This document shows, piece after piece, positions 50,430 to 63,099 of a DNA stretch of 64,000 bases. The position numbers were made by a program, and so were the translations under genes. The DNA comes from Felis catus. Lineage: Eukaryota. The number at the start of each line of letters is the position of its first letter. Positions within the stretch are counted from its first letter, which is position 1. The stretch lies in the NCBI RefSeq assembly GCF_018350175.1, contig NC_058368.1, positions 185,196,001 to 185,260,000 on the forward strand. Reading direction: 5' to 3'. A model generated the notes under the pieces. The model saw nothing but the letters and a program-made list of their open reading frames with translations. It was not told where the DNA came from and did not search any database.

Positions 50430-50612
50430 AGAGGGAGAGAGAGAGAGTCAGAATGAGTGGGGGAGGCACAGAAAGAAGGTGGGGGGCAGAGAATCTGGAG
50501 CAGGCTCTGTGCTGATAGCATAGAGCTTGACACAGGCTTAGATTCACAAGCCATGAGATCATGACCTGATCCAAGGTCAGACACCTAACTGACTGAGCCA
50601 CCCAGGCACTGC
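50361..50612 (-). mobile_element. Felid CanSINE with long (GA)n tract
   Basis: CTGAGCCACCCAGGCAC end; TSD core AGAATATTTTT on both sides. Confidence 0.94.
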
Positions 50613-50873
50613 CCGCCCCAACTAGAATATTTTTAACCTTAGTGCTTTTCCTTTATTTCTATAGATTTGATTATTTTCCTCCTAATATTTGTGTTTGTGT
50701 GTGTGTCTTTTTCCTGAGCGGTGAGCAGAATGATGATTTCTCAGAGAACACATCCCTAGCTTGGCTCCTGGTTTGAGAAGTAATTATTTTGGCATTATCT
50801 TCCATTGTCCTGCATTTGCCATCTGTTGGTAACCTCATTGAAATGTTCCAAGTGTTCTGTAATCTGGCAGCAT

Positions 50874-50899
50874 TTAATTAATTAATTAATTAATTAATT
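50874..50899. repeat. (TTAA)n microsatellite
   Basis: Direct reading. Confidence 0.9.
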
Positions 50900-51879
50900 A
50901 TTTTTTTACTTTACCTCCAATTTCAATTCTATCTCCCAAATGGGGAATTTGGCTAATTTCTAAAGTAAGCCCAACTATTTTAAGTTTTTATAGGACATCT
51001 ATAGCTTTCAATTTGGAAAGATATTTGTTTTACTTTTTAAAATTGTCTTAATTATGTCAGAAAAGAATAACTTAAAAATAGTAGCAGAATGTCATGTTAG
51101 TTTTGGTTTATGCTATTTTTTTTAATTAATTCTGAAGTGTTCAGTGGGTGGCTCATCATTGTAGTTTCTACAGTGGGAATGGCAATGATCTTGGAACACT
51201 AAGAAAATTTTAAGATAATCTGTGCCTTATAAACTGCAGCACGTGGACTGAGTAGTTTTGGATTCTAAGCCAATTTCCATATAGGTCTTTCAATTGCCTC
51301 ATGTGTCATTCTCAGAGACTGTTCAACAGGCTGACTTTGCATCCCTGGAATCACTTTTCCTTGGGTCTTCATGTCACATGCAGGATGTTTTTATCTCTGC
51401 CACATCTTTCTTTTCATTGCACATTTATATTTATCTTTCACGTAGATCTAGGCCAAAACCTCCTTGTAAATCTTATCAGAGTACCTCAGCTTCTGAATTT
51501 TCTTTATCTGTCATGGAAGCATATTCTTGAAAGGACTCCAAGAGGGCAGTTATAATGAGTGATCCTCTCATTTTCCTCCTTCTTTTGTTCAGACCTGAAA
51601 GAGAGACTGCCTATTTCACAGAAGGATGGTGCTGGCTGAAAGATGCTTTCTTGAAATGGAGGGATTAATGTCTTAGGTTCCCTTGAAGATGTATCTAATT
51701 TGCATTTTAATTATTAGAGCTAAAAAGCATGAGCATGAGCATGAGCTACTGAGGATATTAGCTCTGAAATTTTATCTGCATTCTATTGTTTCTATTTGCA
51801 TTCTGTAGAGTGTGTCACATAGGAACATATCAACGTGTGTTAGATATATATTTTTGGTTGTAAATTAGAGTTTGATGAT

Positions 51880-52040
51880 TCATTTGATAAAATCTACACC
51901 TTATTTTGATAATAAGTAAATAAAAAATAGATAATGTCTAGTGTTGGTGAAAATGTAGGGAAGGAATTGCCATTGTTCTTACATATTGCACAACAGTGAT
52001 TGCTACAACATTTTGGGAGGGTAATCTGGCAGCATTTAGA
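51880..52040 (+). mobile_element. Old L1 ORF2 C-terminal remnant
   Basis: GATAATGTCTAGTGTTGGTGAAAATGTAGGG..TTTTGGGAGGGTAATCTGGCAG. Confidence 0.6.
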
Positions 52041-52044
52041 GAAT

Positions 52045-52480
52045 CATTTAATGAAAATCTATTGAGCATGTACTATGGAGCAGACACCATTCTAATTACT
52101 GGAGATATGGCAGTGACCAAATAGTCTTAACCCTTTTGAATCATGCTTTTATTTGGAATTGGAATGGAGACATAAAATAAATAACCAAGTAAACACAAAG
52201 TATTTCAGGTGGTGACTAGTGTTCCAGACAAAAATAAAGCAAAATAAAGGCGATAAGGAGATCTTCTTCTTTCAGGGAGGCATGTTATTTTATGTGGAGT
52301 GGTCAGGAAAGACCCCACTGAGAAGTGCTATTTGAGTAGAGTCTTGAAGGAAGTGAGAGAGGGAGACATCCAGATACCTGGGTGAAAGGAGTTCAAAGTA
52401 GGGGAAACAGCAAATGCAAAGAGATCTGAGGTGGAGGTCTGTTCACAGGGTTCAGGGTCTAGTGCTGAGGCCAGTGTGTC
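52045..52480 (-). mobile_element. L2 3' fragment
   Basis: ATTGAGCATGTACTATGGAGCAGACACCATTCTA..GTGGTCAGGAAAGACCCCACTGAGAAGTG..CAGCAAATGCAAA. Confidence 0.85.
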
Positions 52481-52741
52481 TTTTGTAAATATTGATAATG
52501 GGTTTTTATTACTAAAATTTCTAAAAACTTTATTAGCCTCTTTATAATTTTGGATTTGAAAACATGCTTAGAATAAGCTTCCATGTGGTCACAATTAGAC
52601 AACAAAACCCAGTTTCTTCTTTTAAACCCTACTGATGAGTTTGTTCACACTTAGAGCTTTTGAAAGTAGAGTTCATTGGAAAAATGATCATGTAGTGATT
52701 GGACATCAGTACAGTGTGTATCCTAAAATCATCTGTGTTTA

Positions 52742-53190
52742 TGTTGACAGATTCTTTGCTTACCCAAACTTTAGTTATGCTCCTGAACCTTCTCCTGGGC
52801 ACATCTGTGTACTTCCTTGTAAAATCCAGTTATAACAAGAATCCTGCCAAGTCAGGTTACCAGGAGCTCACTATACTCAAAATTGGATCACTTCTGATCA
52901 GTTCCTCATGTTCCACCATCCTGTGGATGATGTCTCATCACCCTCGCCTGTCTTCAGCAGACTCATGTTAGCTCAGGTCAGCCAGAATCATCTTTATCCC
53001 TGATGTTTCCTCTTAGGAATTTTCCATCAACTGCCCCCCAACTCTGATCCTTGCCTACAAATTCCCACCTGTTCTAGCTGTGTTTGGAATTGAGCCTGGT
53101 TTAATGCTGTGTCTATTTTCCCCTAATGCAATAGTCTTGAGTAAGTTCTATTGCTACTTTTTAAAGTAGCTCTGGTTTTATTTGAGAACA
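52742..53190 (+). mobile_element. ERV1 solo LTR (MER31-like)
   Basis: CCAAACTTTAG..CTGAACCTTCTCCTGGGCACATCTGTGTACTTCCTTGTAAAATCCAG..CCCTGATGTTTCCTCTTAGGAATTTTCCATC; TG...CA termini. Confidence 0.85.
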
Positions 53191-53817
53191 TTAGTCTACA
53201 AGTGAACATCGGAATCACTTTGAATTTTTTACGTTTGTTAATATTAAGATATTATTAGCTTTAATAAATTTACAAATCTTTGTAAGAGTAGATGATTATG
53301 TTACTTTTTTGTCTTGCATTTATATGAATAAGCTTTTAATTATGGTTCTAATAGTGTATAACTCAATGTCTTTTTTGACAAAATAGTAATCATGAATTAT
53401 TATGATGAATCAGTTTTAGATCATAGTATTTTTTGTGATTACCTTAAATACATATATTATTAAATATGCATGTAAATTACAATGCAAAAGATCAAATTTG
53501 ACTATATTGCACTCGGTGATTAATGGCAAATATGCTCAACACTTAGGGTAAACCAAAAATATTTTCTTTCTTCAAGATTCCAGTTATTAAAAATTGTAAA
53601 CACAACAAATGGATTAAATTTCTTTTTTTCTTTCTGCTTTGGTATAGACACATTTGAAGTCTTCTTTCTAGAAAGTAAGTCTTACATATAACTTGCTCTG
53701 AAGAGAGATGCTCAATATTAAAATTTGCAAATGAACAGTTAAATGTTAAATTATTGATGAATTATATATCTTTTATTGTTACTAAGTATATTGCCCTTGG
53801 AATGTTTGAAATATCTG

Positions 53818-53872
53818 TTGATAACTTGTATTTCTAATAGGAAATTGGATAACTTCTATTTCTAATAGGAAA
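53818..53872. repeat. Two-copy tandem duplication, 27-28 bp unit
   Basis: GATAACTTGTATTTCTAATAGGAAA / GATAACTTCTATTTCTAATAGGAAA. Confidence 0.9.
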
Positions 53873-54699
53873 CATGTTCTCCAGAGGGCCTCAGCTGAAG
53901 GGGCATGTGTTTGTGTGTGTGTATACATTCAGTCTTGGAATTGTGTGAACTCTGATATTTAATCATTAAAACATCATACTTGCTCATGTACTGCCTTAAG
54001 CCAGATTGCGGAATCCTACTATGTATACTCCAGTTTCCCCAATGACATTAGAATCTCCTTGAAGGGATGGCACAGGGAAAATAGAATAATGTAGTTTTAA
54101 ATTAAGTACAATAGGGTGGCGTACATTGCAATTTTGACCCACAATTTCAGAGTAAAATATGACCATTAGCAAGATAGCTATCATGTTTTTCCATTCTGGT
54201 TAATGTAGGGGGTCCACTGGTTCTCTAAACTTTGCAGAAAAGTGATTCAATAGTCTGTATGTTAATTATTCCCTTGTCTGGTATAAATAAACATGCAATA
54301 CAAAATGCTAATTAAAACAAGTCTGGTTATTTAAACAATGTGTTATTAAGAAAGATATCTAATATATAATGTTAATTTTCCTTCATGTATGTCAACAATC
54401 TGTGAGCATTTGTTATTAAAATTAATAAGTGATTAATCAGTAGCTCAAATAAGCATAGGAGTCTTAAGGTTCAATATCATTGTTCATAAAAATACTTTAG
54501 TAGTGGATCCTAAAAGACATATCAAATATTTGTTGTTTTGCAAAACCTGATGGTAACATTCTGTGTGTTGCCTAAGGGCAGCAATTCTTCATCTGAATGT
54601 TTTCATTATGACAGTATTGTTTTGTTTCTTGTTGTGGTGTACATTAAGGTTAAAATAACTTGTGTTCTTAAAGCAATTTCTTTGAAAGGATAATGTAGC

Positions 54700-56033
54700 T
54701 GGAAAAAAAAGACAGTCTCTTCAACAAATGGTACTGGGAAAACTGGATAGCAACATACAGAAGAATGAAACTGTCCTACTTTCTTACACCATACACAAAA
54801 ATGAATTCAAAATGGATGAAAGACCTAAATGTGAGACAAAATCCTGAAGGAGAAAACAGGCAGCAACCTCCTTGACCTCAGCCAGAATGACTTCTTGCTA
54901 GACATGTCTCTGGAGGCAAGGGAAACAAAAGCAAAAATGAACTTTTGAGATTTCATCAATATAAAAAGCTCCTGCACAGTGAAGGAAACAATCAACAAAA
55001 CTAAAAGGCAACCTACAGAATGGAAGAAGATATTTGCAAATAACATATCTTATAAAATGTTAGTATGCAAAATCTGTGAAGAACTTATCAAAAACAACAC
55101 CCAAAGAATAAATAATCCGGTTAAGAAATGGGCAGAAGACACGAACAGACATTTCTCCAAAGAAGACATCCAGATAGCTAACAGACACTTGAAAAAATGC
55201 TTAACATCACTCATCAACAGGGAAATACAAATCAAAGTAACAATGAGATACCACCTCACACCTGTCAGAATGGCTAAAATTAACAACACAGGAACCAACA
55301 GATGTTGAGGAAGATGTGGAGAAAGGAGAACACTCTTACACTGTTGTTGAGGATGCAAACTAGTACAGCCATTCTGGAAACCAGTATGGAGATTCCTCAG
55401 AAAGTTAAAAATAGAACTACCCTATGACCCAGCAATTGCACTACTGGGTATTTACCCAAAGAATACAAATAACTGATTTTAAGGGGCACATGCACCTCAA
55501 TGTTTATAGCAACATTATCAACAACAGCCAAATTATGGAAAGAGCCCAAACTTCCATCAACAAATGAATGGATAAAGAAGATATGGTATATATACACAAT
55601 GAAATATTGCTCAGCCATCAAAACGAATGAAATCTTGACATTTGCAACTATGTGGATGGAGCTAGAGTGTATTTTGCTAAGAGAAATAAGTCCCTCTGAG
55701 AAAGACAGATGCCATATGATTTCTCTCATATGTGTGATTTAAGAAACAAAACAGATAAACATAGGAGAAGGGAAAAAAAGAGAGGGAGGCAAAGCATAAG
55801 AGACTCTTAACTATAGAGAACAAACAGGATTGTTGGAAGGGAGGTGGGTGATGAATGGGCTAAATAGGTTATGCGTGGGATACTTGTGATGAGCATTGGG
55901 TGCTATATATTAGTGATGAATCACTAAATTCTACTCCTGAAACCAATATTACACTCTATGTTAACTAGAATTTAAATAAAAACTTATAGAACTAAATTCA
56001 CAATAAATCCATAAAACACTAAAAAAAAAAAAA
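54700..56033 (+). mobile_element. 5'-truncated carnivore L1 (disrupted ORF2 C-terminus + 3'UTR)
   Basis: ORFs 54979-55308 ([29 protein letters not shown]) and 55500-55742 (MFIA..WIKKIWYIYTM..WMELE); A tail 56021-56033. Confidence 0.96.
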
Positions 56034-56744
56034 CACAACAAAATAACACATACAAGGAAATGTAAGTTAGTAGTTCATTTTCATATCCAGTGGTCAAGGG
56101 CAGCTCTCTTGTCTCTTTAATTTTAATGAAGAATCAATCTCATTTTGATTCACTGGAATGCCTATGAATACTTAAATATTCTCTGGGAATGCATACATCT
56201 GACTATTCAAACATAGTCCTTTGTTAGAATGCAAAGCATTGATGTCTGTGTTTAAAAACTATTTTCAAGTTCATTTGGAGATACCCAAATTTTAATTAAA
56301 TGAAAGTGTTAGAAATAATGAATAAGGGTGGAAAAAGGAATAAAAATGTATCAACCTGGCAGATCTTGCTGATTTGGTGTTAAAAGAACTGTATATAATA
56401 TCTAATTTTAACATTCTTTGTAGTGTGACCCAACAAAGAAATATTCTTCATTGACTAGTTTCCTTCAAATTTGCTAAATAATGCATTTCTAATTTGCTAC
56501 AATAATTGCCAGTAAAATGCACAAGTAATGCTGCTCTTTAAGTTTAGAATAACTCTGAGTGTTTTTGTTGATATTCGCATTACATTCTCTTTTTTTTCAG
56601 AGCTGCTACCATGTTGTAGAACATTTAGAAATTTTGAGGGAGATTCTCATTAGTGTTAAAATCATTAAACCACTCCATCAAGTTGCAAAGAATGATGTTT
56701 TAATAGAAATACTGATCCATCTGAAAGAAGAAAAGTTACATGAT

Positions 56745-57050
56745 GTCTGTTAGTGAATACTTGTTTTCTGGCTACCCACGATCTATTTATTCCTTAGGTA
56801 ACCATGTTTCCACCCCTCTCTGGTATATTACTTCTTTTCCACTTGCTGTCCACATGCTTCTAAGGTGTTGACATTATCCTGGACTCTAGATAAGGACATG
56901 TACTTCAGATGTCTCCAGACATAACATTCCCTTGTCCATAGTGATTGGATCAGGGCTGGCACCTGACCATGTTAGAGCCAATAAATAAGAAGCAATGTAA
57001 GGAAATGGCATCAACTGTAAGGGGAATATTCCTTTTCTTCTAATTCTCCT
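56745..57050 (+). mobile_element. Old MaLR LTR remnant
   Basis: CCATAGTGATTGGATCAGGGCTGGCACCTGACC..GCCAAT. Confidence 0.5.
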
Positions 57051-57213
57051 GGACTTCTTCCTCTTTCTGCTCCTCTTCCTCTTCCTTCTTTTCTAAGAAA
57101 ATATTCTTGACTAGGTCCAAGAATGACTTATTACAGTATTAAAAACAGCAGGTCATGAAATTGTTAAATGACATTGTATTAAAGTAAAATATACTTTTAA
57201 AATACAACTTTTT

Positions 57214-57463
57214 GGTGGGCACCTGGGTGGATTAATCAGTTGAGCCTCTGACTTAGGCTTGGGTCATGATCTCACTGCTCGTGGGTTCAAGCCCCATGTT
57301 GGGCTCTGTGCTGACATCTCAGAGCTTGGAGCATGCTTCAGACTCTGTGTCTCCCTCTCTCTCTGCTGCCCACCCCCCCCCCCCGCCACTTGTGCTCTGT
57401 CTGTCTGTCTCTCTCAAAAATAAACATTAAAAAATATTTTTTAAATGTTATTTATAAAAAAAC
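57214..57463 (+). mobile_element. Felid CanSINE
   Basis: TSD AAAATACAACTTTTT at 57199-57213 and 57464-57478. Confidence 0.95.
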
Positions 57464-57513
57464 AAAATACAACTTTTTAACTGAATACTTAAAGTTCTTT
57501 GACTCATAGTAAT

Positions 57514-58042
57514 TGTGGTGATTTTAATACAAGCCCCCCAAGTGTTTGGCACTCCTCTCTACAAAAGCTAGATCCTAATTTTCCTTTCTTAAACACAAGC
57601 TAAACTCAGTGACTTTCCTCTAGTGAATAAAATATGGTGGAAGTGGTGATGTGTCATTCCTAGGAGTCATAGAAGACACTGCTGTTTTTGTCTTCCTTTC
57701 ATTTGATTTACTTGCTTTTGGTGGAGTTGGCTGTCTTGTCATGAGACACTCAAGCAACCCCGAAGAACAGGTTCTTGTGATGAGAATCTGAGGCCTTCTG
57801 CCAAGAGACAGTGCTGACTTGCGAACTAAGCAAATGAACTGTCTTGGAAGCAAATCCTCCAGGCCTATTAAACCTTCAGACAATTGTAACCTTGGCCAGC
57901 ACCAGGGCTGCAACCTATGTGAGACTCCAAGCCAGAACTACTGGGTTAAACAGCTCCCACATTCCAATTCACAGAACCCATGAAGTAATACATATTGATT
58001 GCTCTTTTAAGCCACTAAGTTATGAGGTAAATTGTTATGCTT
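57514..58042 (+). mobile_element. MaLR solo LTR (MLT1F/G-like)
   Basis: TCTTGGAAGCAAATCCTCCAG..CCTTCAGA..GTGAGACTCCAAGCCAGAAC..TTTTAAGCCACTAAGTTATGAGGTAAATTGTTATGC. Confidence 0.85.
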
Positions 58043-58252
58043 AATCCTTTACTACTTTGAAATGAGCACTGATGTAAAAGCTTTCAGTTTATCTAGAGTG
58101 TCTATAAAGCTGTTATTTGAGGGTGCTTTTCTTCCGGTAGTTGCAAATTATGCTGTGGACATTTGCTTTTAGTACTGACTTTGAAGTCTTTTGATGCTCT
58201 CTATGATAGGTAACTAAAGGCAAGCAAAAGAAGATACTTTAAGATTTAAAAA

Positions 58253-58475
58253 GAGGCGCCTGGGTGGCTCAGTCGGTTGAGTGTCCGACTTTGGCTCAGG
58301 TCATGATCTCATGGTTCATGAGTTCGAGCCCCGCGTCGGGCTCTGTGCTGACAGCTCAGAGCCTGGAGCCTGTTTCAGATTCTGTGTCTTCCTCTCTCTC
58401 TCTGACCCTCCCCCGTTCATGCTCTGTCTCTCTCTGTCTCAGAAGTAAATAAACGTTAAAAAAAATGGAAAAAAA
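58253..58475 (+). mobile_element. Felid CanSINE
   Basis: GAGTTCGAGCCCCGCGTCGGG; TSD AAGATTTAAAAA at 58241-58252 and 58476-58487. Confidence 0.96.
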
Positions 58476-58729
58476 AAGATTTAAAAAATGTAGTATTTAT
58501 TCTTGAAACTTGATTTTTAAGTCTAATTTGTTAACCTAGATATTAACCAGGGTTGTCTTGATCTATAGGATTTTGAAGTGATGACTTGAAACTTCATTTT
58601 ATACCCTGATAACAGTATGATCTCCTTCTCAAATTTTCATGGTTCCCAAAGGACTTACCTTTTCAGAATCAGTGCTCTTTGAGAGTCTTCATTCATTCGT
58701 GCATTCATTTATTCAAACAACACTTATTT

Positions 58730-58741
58730 TTTAAAATATTT

Positions 58742-58788
<47 letters not shown>

Positions 58789-58959
58789 GTGTGAGTGGGG
58801 TTGAGGCAGAGAGGCAGAGAAGGAGAAAGAGAATCCCAAGCAGGTTCTGTGCTGTCAGCACAAAGCCAGTCATGGGGCTTGATTTCATGACCACAACATC
58901 ATGACCTGAGCTGAAATCAACAGTCGGACACTTAACTGACTGAGCCACCCAGGTGCCCC
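58730..58959 (-). mobile_element. CanSINE with (TTTA)n tail, inserted in an L2 3' end (about 58688-59030)
   Basis: CTGAGCCACCCAGGTGCCCC end; L2 TTCATTCATTC.. before and CAAATACTTATTGAGCACC..GTGCCAGACACT after. Confidence 0.93.
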
Positions 58960-60844
58960 AAACAACAAATACTTATTGAGCACCGTCTTAGTGCCAGACA
59001 CTATTTTATGTCATTGAGGTGAGTGAAACAATCTTCCTGATGAACAAGGTAATTTTGGGGACTTTCTATCTCACCTCTGTGTTTCACATCACATGGACTC
59101 AGGAGCAACATTTAACCTTTCCCCTCATTTTTCACCAAATCACTTATTTAAGAAATGTTTACGTCTAGGTTTTTCTGAATCTTTGAGTATATGGAGAGTT
59201 TTACACTAAAGAAACGTATAGCTTAGAATTCACAGTAAGAAATTCCTGTTTTTAGAAGTCCTGTAGCTATTTCTATAAGTTCAGCTCCAGGCTCCTTGGG
59301 TGTTTTATGGCCCTCTTTGCCCCTCATTCTCTATAATCTGTTCTCCCTCTTTCCCAACTTTTGGTTCTCTGTATAAGAGGCAATTAAAAGCAAGCAAAAG
59401 AGGATACTTTGTCTTTGTAGTGCTTTGTTTTCAGTACAGAGAATTTTACCTATTCTGTTCTCTTTGCTTTTGCCAACCTGTAACCACTTACATTTTCCCC
59501 TAACTCACTTTCTTATCAGTGCATTTTTCTATACAAATTGGCTCCCTCCACAACAAAGAAATTGGATGCTTTCTTGTAAAGAAATTGTTTTCATATTGCT
59601 CCAAAAATTTTTCCCTGAAGGGATAGGAGCTATGATATACATTGATCAATAACACCCAATAAACTGGTTGGACTAGTGGTTAAAAGTAGTTCAAGGACTG
59701 TTTGCTGTGGAGCCACACATATAATCTGTAAGTGTTTGTTTACCAGTGACTAGGGACACATAATGATAATTACATAGTCCAAGAAGGCTGTTATTGGCAG
59801 ATAAGTGAAAAAAAAGTTATTTTCAATCTTCAATTTTTAATTTAAACACAAAAATTGGCCCTTTTCAACCTGTTTTCTGTTGTTCGACATAACAGTTCCA
59901 TACAGGACATGTTAATATTAAAATCATGATTTCTTGAAAGCTAGGCTATAAATCATACCTTTTTATGTGAGGAAAATATCAGGGAGAATTGTAAGATTGA
60001 GAAATACATGTTTTGAGAAAAATCATTGTGAAATCTCTGTTCATTTTTCTTCTTTTCCTCCTTCTTGATTTGGAATTGCACAGATTCTTTACTTTTTAGA
60101 GGGTACAATTATGGAATCCCTTTGAAGGTTATGAAAACACAGTTTTCAGTTTTCAGGTAGGAGTGTAGGGCACAGTTTATTCATGTATATTATAGGGCCC
60201 AGGTTTGACTACTCTTGTTATCCTCAAACGAAGTTAAAGATGGTAGATTCTAATGCATTTAATTTACCTGTCAAGTGAAACTTTTTTTTTTTTTTGATAT
60301 TGCATTGCTTACTACTTCTGTTGGCAATATTCTGCTTTTGAACTTGGCAGGGACAGAATTAAAGGACAATATCAGGACAATCTTGAAAACCTTGAAAAAG
60401 TTGCTTTTAACAAAATACAAGATCTAGTAATTGTCTCTTTTCCTTTCCTTCCCTTCCCTTCCCAAATTCATTCCCTGTTTCTTTTCCTTCACTTTCTCAC
60501 TTATTAATTTGGAGACCCTGAAAATATTAAACAATGTATGAAAATATTAAGCTATGAAGGATCATAACATGTTTTCAGGCAGAGATAGATTAGTATGTGT
60601 TTATTCCCAAAACAGGGTTCTATCAGTTTCTTTCTCTTGGAAGTACTTCAAGAATGTGGGTCTGATTTAAAAATTAATCTAATTATGTTTTATAAATCTA
60701 AATTTTCTCTAAAGGGAAGTTTGAGATTTGTCTTATATATTTGTTCTAAGCTGCTTAAAGGAAACAGAAAAATGAGTAGGGAAATGTGGATTCTAGTTAT
60801 AACTAACGTTTAAGTTTGCATGTCACTTATGCTATTCAGAAACC

Positions 60845-60916
60845 ATTTTATCTAATATATATATGTATTTGTATATATATTTATCTAATATATATATACG
60901 TACATATATGTGTATA

Positions 60917-60966
<50 letters not shown>
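60845..60966. repeat. Compound (TA)n/(TG)n microsatellite
   Basis: TTTATCTAATATATATAT twice, then (TG)n(TA)n. Confidence 0.92.
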
Positions 60967-60969
<3 letters not shown>

Positions 60970-61889
60970 TCAGCTGCTCTCTAAGATTTCTTCTAGCTTT
61001 TAAGCTTTAAGAGTCCATGATTCTAAATGTCAGTTCATTTCATATTAAAGAGTGGCATTATTTAATGTAAAATTATTACTGACCGTAACTGGTATCAGTC
61101 CATTGCTTTCTCAATACTACCTGGTAATAAAACGTATTTCTCATATTACCCATTGATTCTCCAAACAAACAAAATTATAAACTAATGTAGTGGATATTTG
61201 GTACCTTCATTGATAACTTTCTCTTTAACCCTTTTTCCATATAGTTGCCAGTTTCTATTTGGTTATCTAGTGATGCAGCCAAAATACTAGGCTAACCCAA
61301 CAAAGTGAATTCATTGGTTATACACTTTGGTTCAGGAGTTACCATCCTGTTCCTATGTCACCTAAGCTGGTCCAATCCGAATGAAATTCAGGGTATATGC
61401 TGAGAATTATGTACAAGACAAATTTCCTGCTAGATGTAAATGAGAAAGCACATATCCCAGGGTATTAGCAACCATCTTGGGCTCACAAAGTAAGCCAGTT
61501 TTAGGAATATGTAAAATGTCTTAGAAGACAGAATGAGATTTGAAAATCATACACACCTTTTGTAGCACAATTGAGCTAAACTTTTTAGATATGTGAGCTA
61601 ATAAAGATCTTTATCCTTAAACCAGTTTAAGTTTTCTTTTATTCATGGTCAAAGCCAATGTTTAGCTTTCCAAGTGTGGTAGGTAAAGTCAGTTTATGAG
61701 ATTAATCATGATTATAGAGTGGTCAAAGCAACTAAATGATGGAACAAAACTATAAAGAGATCTTTAAAATATCATGAAGAATCTTCACATTGTTGAAAAG
61801 AGAATGATAATATAATGGAAAAAGCACGGGCTGTGGAGTAAGGTAAACTTTACTTGAAATCTCGACTCATTTACATAGCGTAAGTAGTA

Positions 61890-62070
61890 CCTAATGTTAA
61901 TTTACCATTTACTGTGTGCTGAGTGCTTTGAGTTTATTATCTCATGTAATCCTCTTGATTATTTTTACCTTTTACTAGTGAAGAAACTGAAGATCAGAAA
62001 AGCTAACTATACGGTTATAATGTGTAGCTAGTTTCAAACCTGTGTGTATACTATCCAGAGTCTTCATTTA
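61890..62070 (-). mobile_element. MIR
   Basis: TTTACTGTGTGC..ATCTCATGTAATCCTC..GAAGAAACTGAAGATCAGAAAGCTAA. Confidence 0.65.
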
Positions 62071-62094
62071 TATTTACGACATCTTTGAAAAAAT

Positions 62095-62815
62095 GGAGGT
62101 CCATGTGTGTGTTTTATTTGGCCTATTTTTTTTAATGTTTGAGCCAACATTTGAAAATTGAAAGATTGCATGTAAAAATCTAGACTTGCATCTTCCCTTG
62201 AAAAATGAGGTCTGGCCATTGTGTCTTTATTCCCAGTGGAACTATCAGTGGCAGAATTACTCTTTGATCCATTTAGTTAAGACAAGCCCTCTGTAATTGT
62301 TATAGACTCTATTTTTCTATATTGTAGCCCTGAGTCCAATAATATGTCAAAAGCAGTGACCATTTCTTCCATATTGTTGGTTTTCTTACAACAGAGAAAT
62401 GTTTGTACCTACAAAAATGATGGATTGATCTAGAGGGTGGGGATTTTCAGAGAATGGGAGAATATACTCTTTTTTTTCTTCCAGGTTTATTGAGATATGA
62501 TTGACATATAACATTATATAAGTTCAAGGTGTACAGTGTGTGGTTTTATGCACTTCTGTATTGCCAAATGATCACACCATGGCATTAGCTAACACCTCCA
62601 TCACATCACATAATTAACTTCTCTTTTTTGGTGTAAGAACATTTAAGATTGTAATTAATAATACTCAATTACATACTTGAAAGTTGTTAGGAGAGAATGT
62701 ACTCTGAACTGTAGAGGCAAAGAACATTTCTTCTCATTTAATATGCAAGTGCCACACCTAATTTATTCATTTATTTTACTTGACTCCTGGGAGCATTTGA
62801 GTTTATGAAACTTGT
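62095..62815. mobile_element. MER102-like hAT element interrupted by an L1 fragment
   Basis: GTGTTTTATTTGGCC..GCCAACATTTGAAAATTG..AAAAATCTAGACTTGC..CTTGAAAAATGAGGTCTGGC; end GCATTTGAGTTTATGA. Confidence 0.65.
62471..62692 (-). mobile_element. Short L1 3' end (L1MA8/9-like) with 5' inversion
   Basis: TTTATTGAGATATGATTGACATATAACATT..CATTAGCTAACACCTCCATCAC; TSD GAGAATATACTCT (62458-62470) / GAGAATGTACTCT (62693-62705). Confidence 0.88.
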
Positions 62816-62895
62816 ACTGAACAATTTGGTTTTCTGTGTAATTTGGGAAAATTTTCTCCGAGGTTCCTTTTCCTCATGTTAAGAATGGAGATTTT

Positions 62896-63099
62896 GGGGC
62901 ACCTGGCTGGCTCAGTTGGTTAAGCGACAGTCTATTGATTTCAGCTCAGGTCATGATCTCACATCATGAGCTTGATCTCTGTTTGGGATCCACACCCAGT
63001 GTGGAGACTGCTTAAGATTCTCTCTCTCCCACCCCTGCCCCTTCCACACTTGTTCTTTCTCTCTCTCTCTGTGTCTCACAAACAAACAAACAAACAAAC
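62896..63099 (+). mobile_element. CanSINE with (CAAA)n tail, inserted in a MIR
   Basis: TSD AAGAATGGAGATTTT (62881-62895) / AAGAATGGAGCTTTT (63100-63114); MIR core TTCCTCATGTTAAGAATGG upstream. Confidence 0.93.

Noticed and set aside
55..63099. Strand bias of SINEs (11 minus vs 7 plus) as evidence of a plus-strand host gene
   Set aside because: The imbalance is too small to support the inference, and younger L1s occur on both strands.
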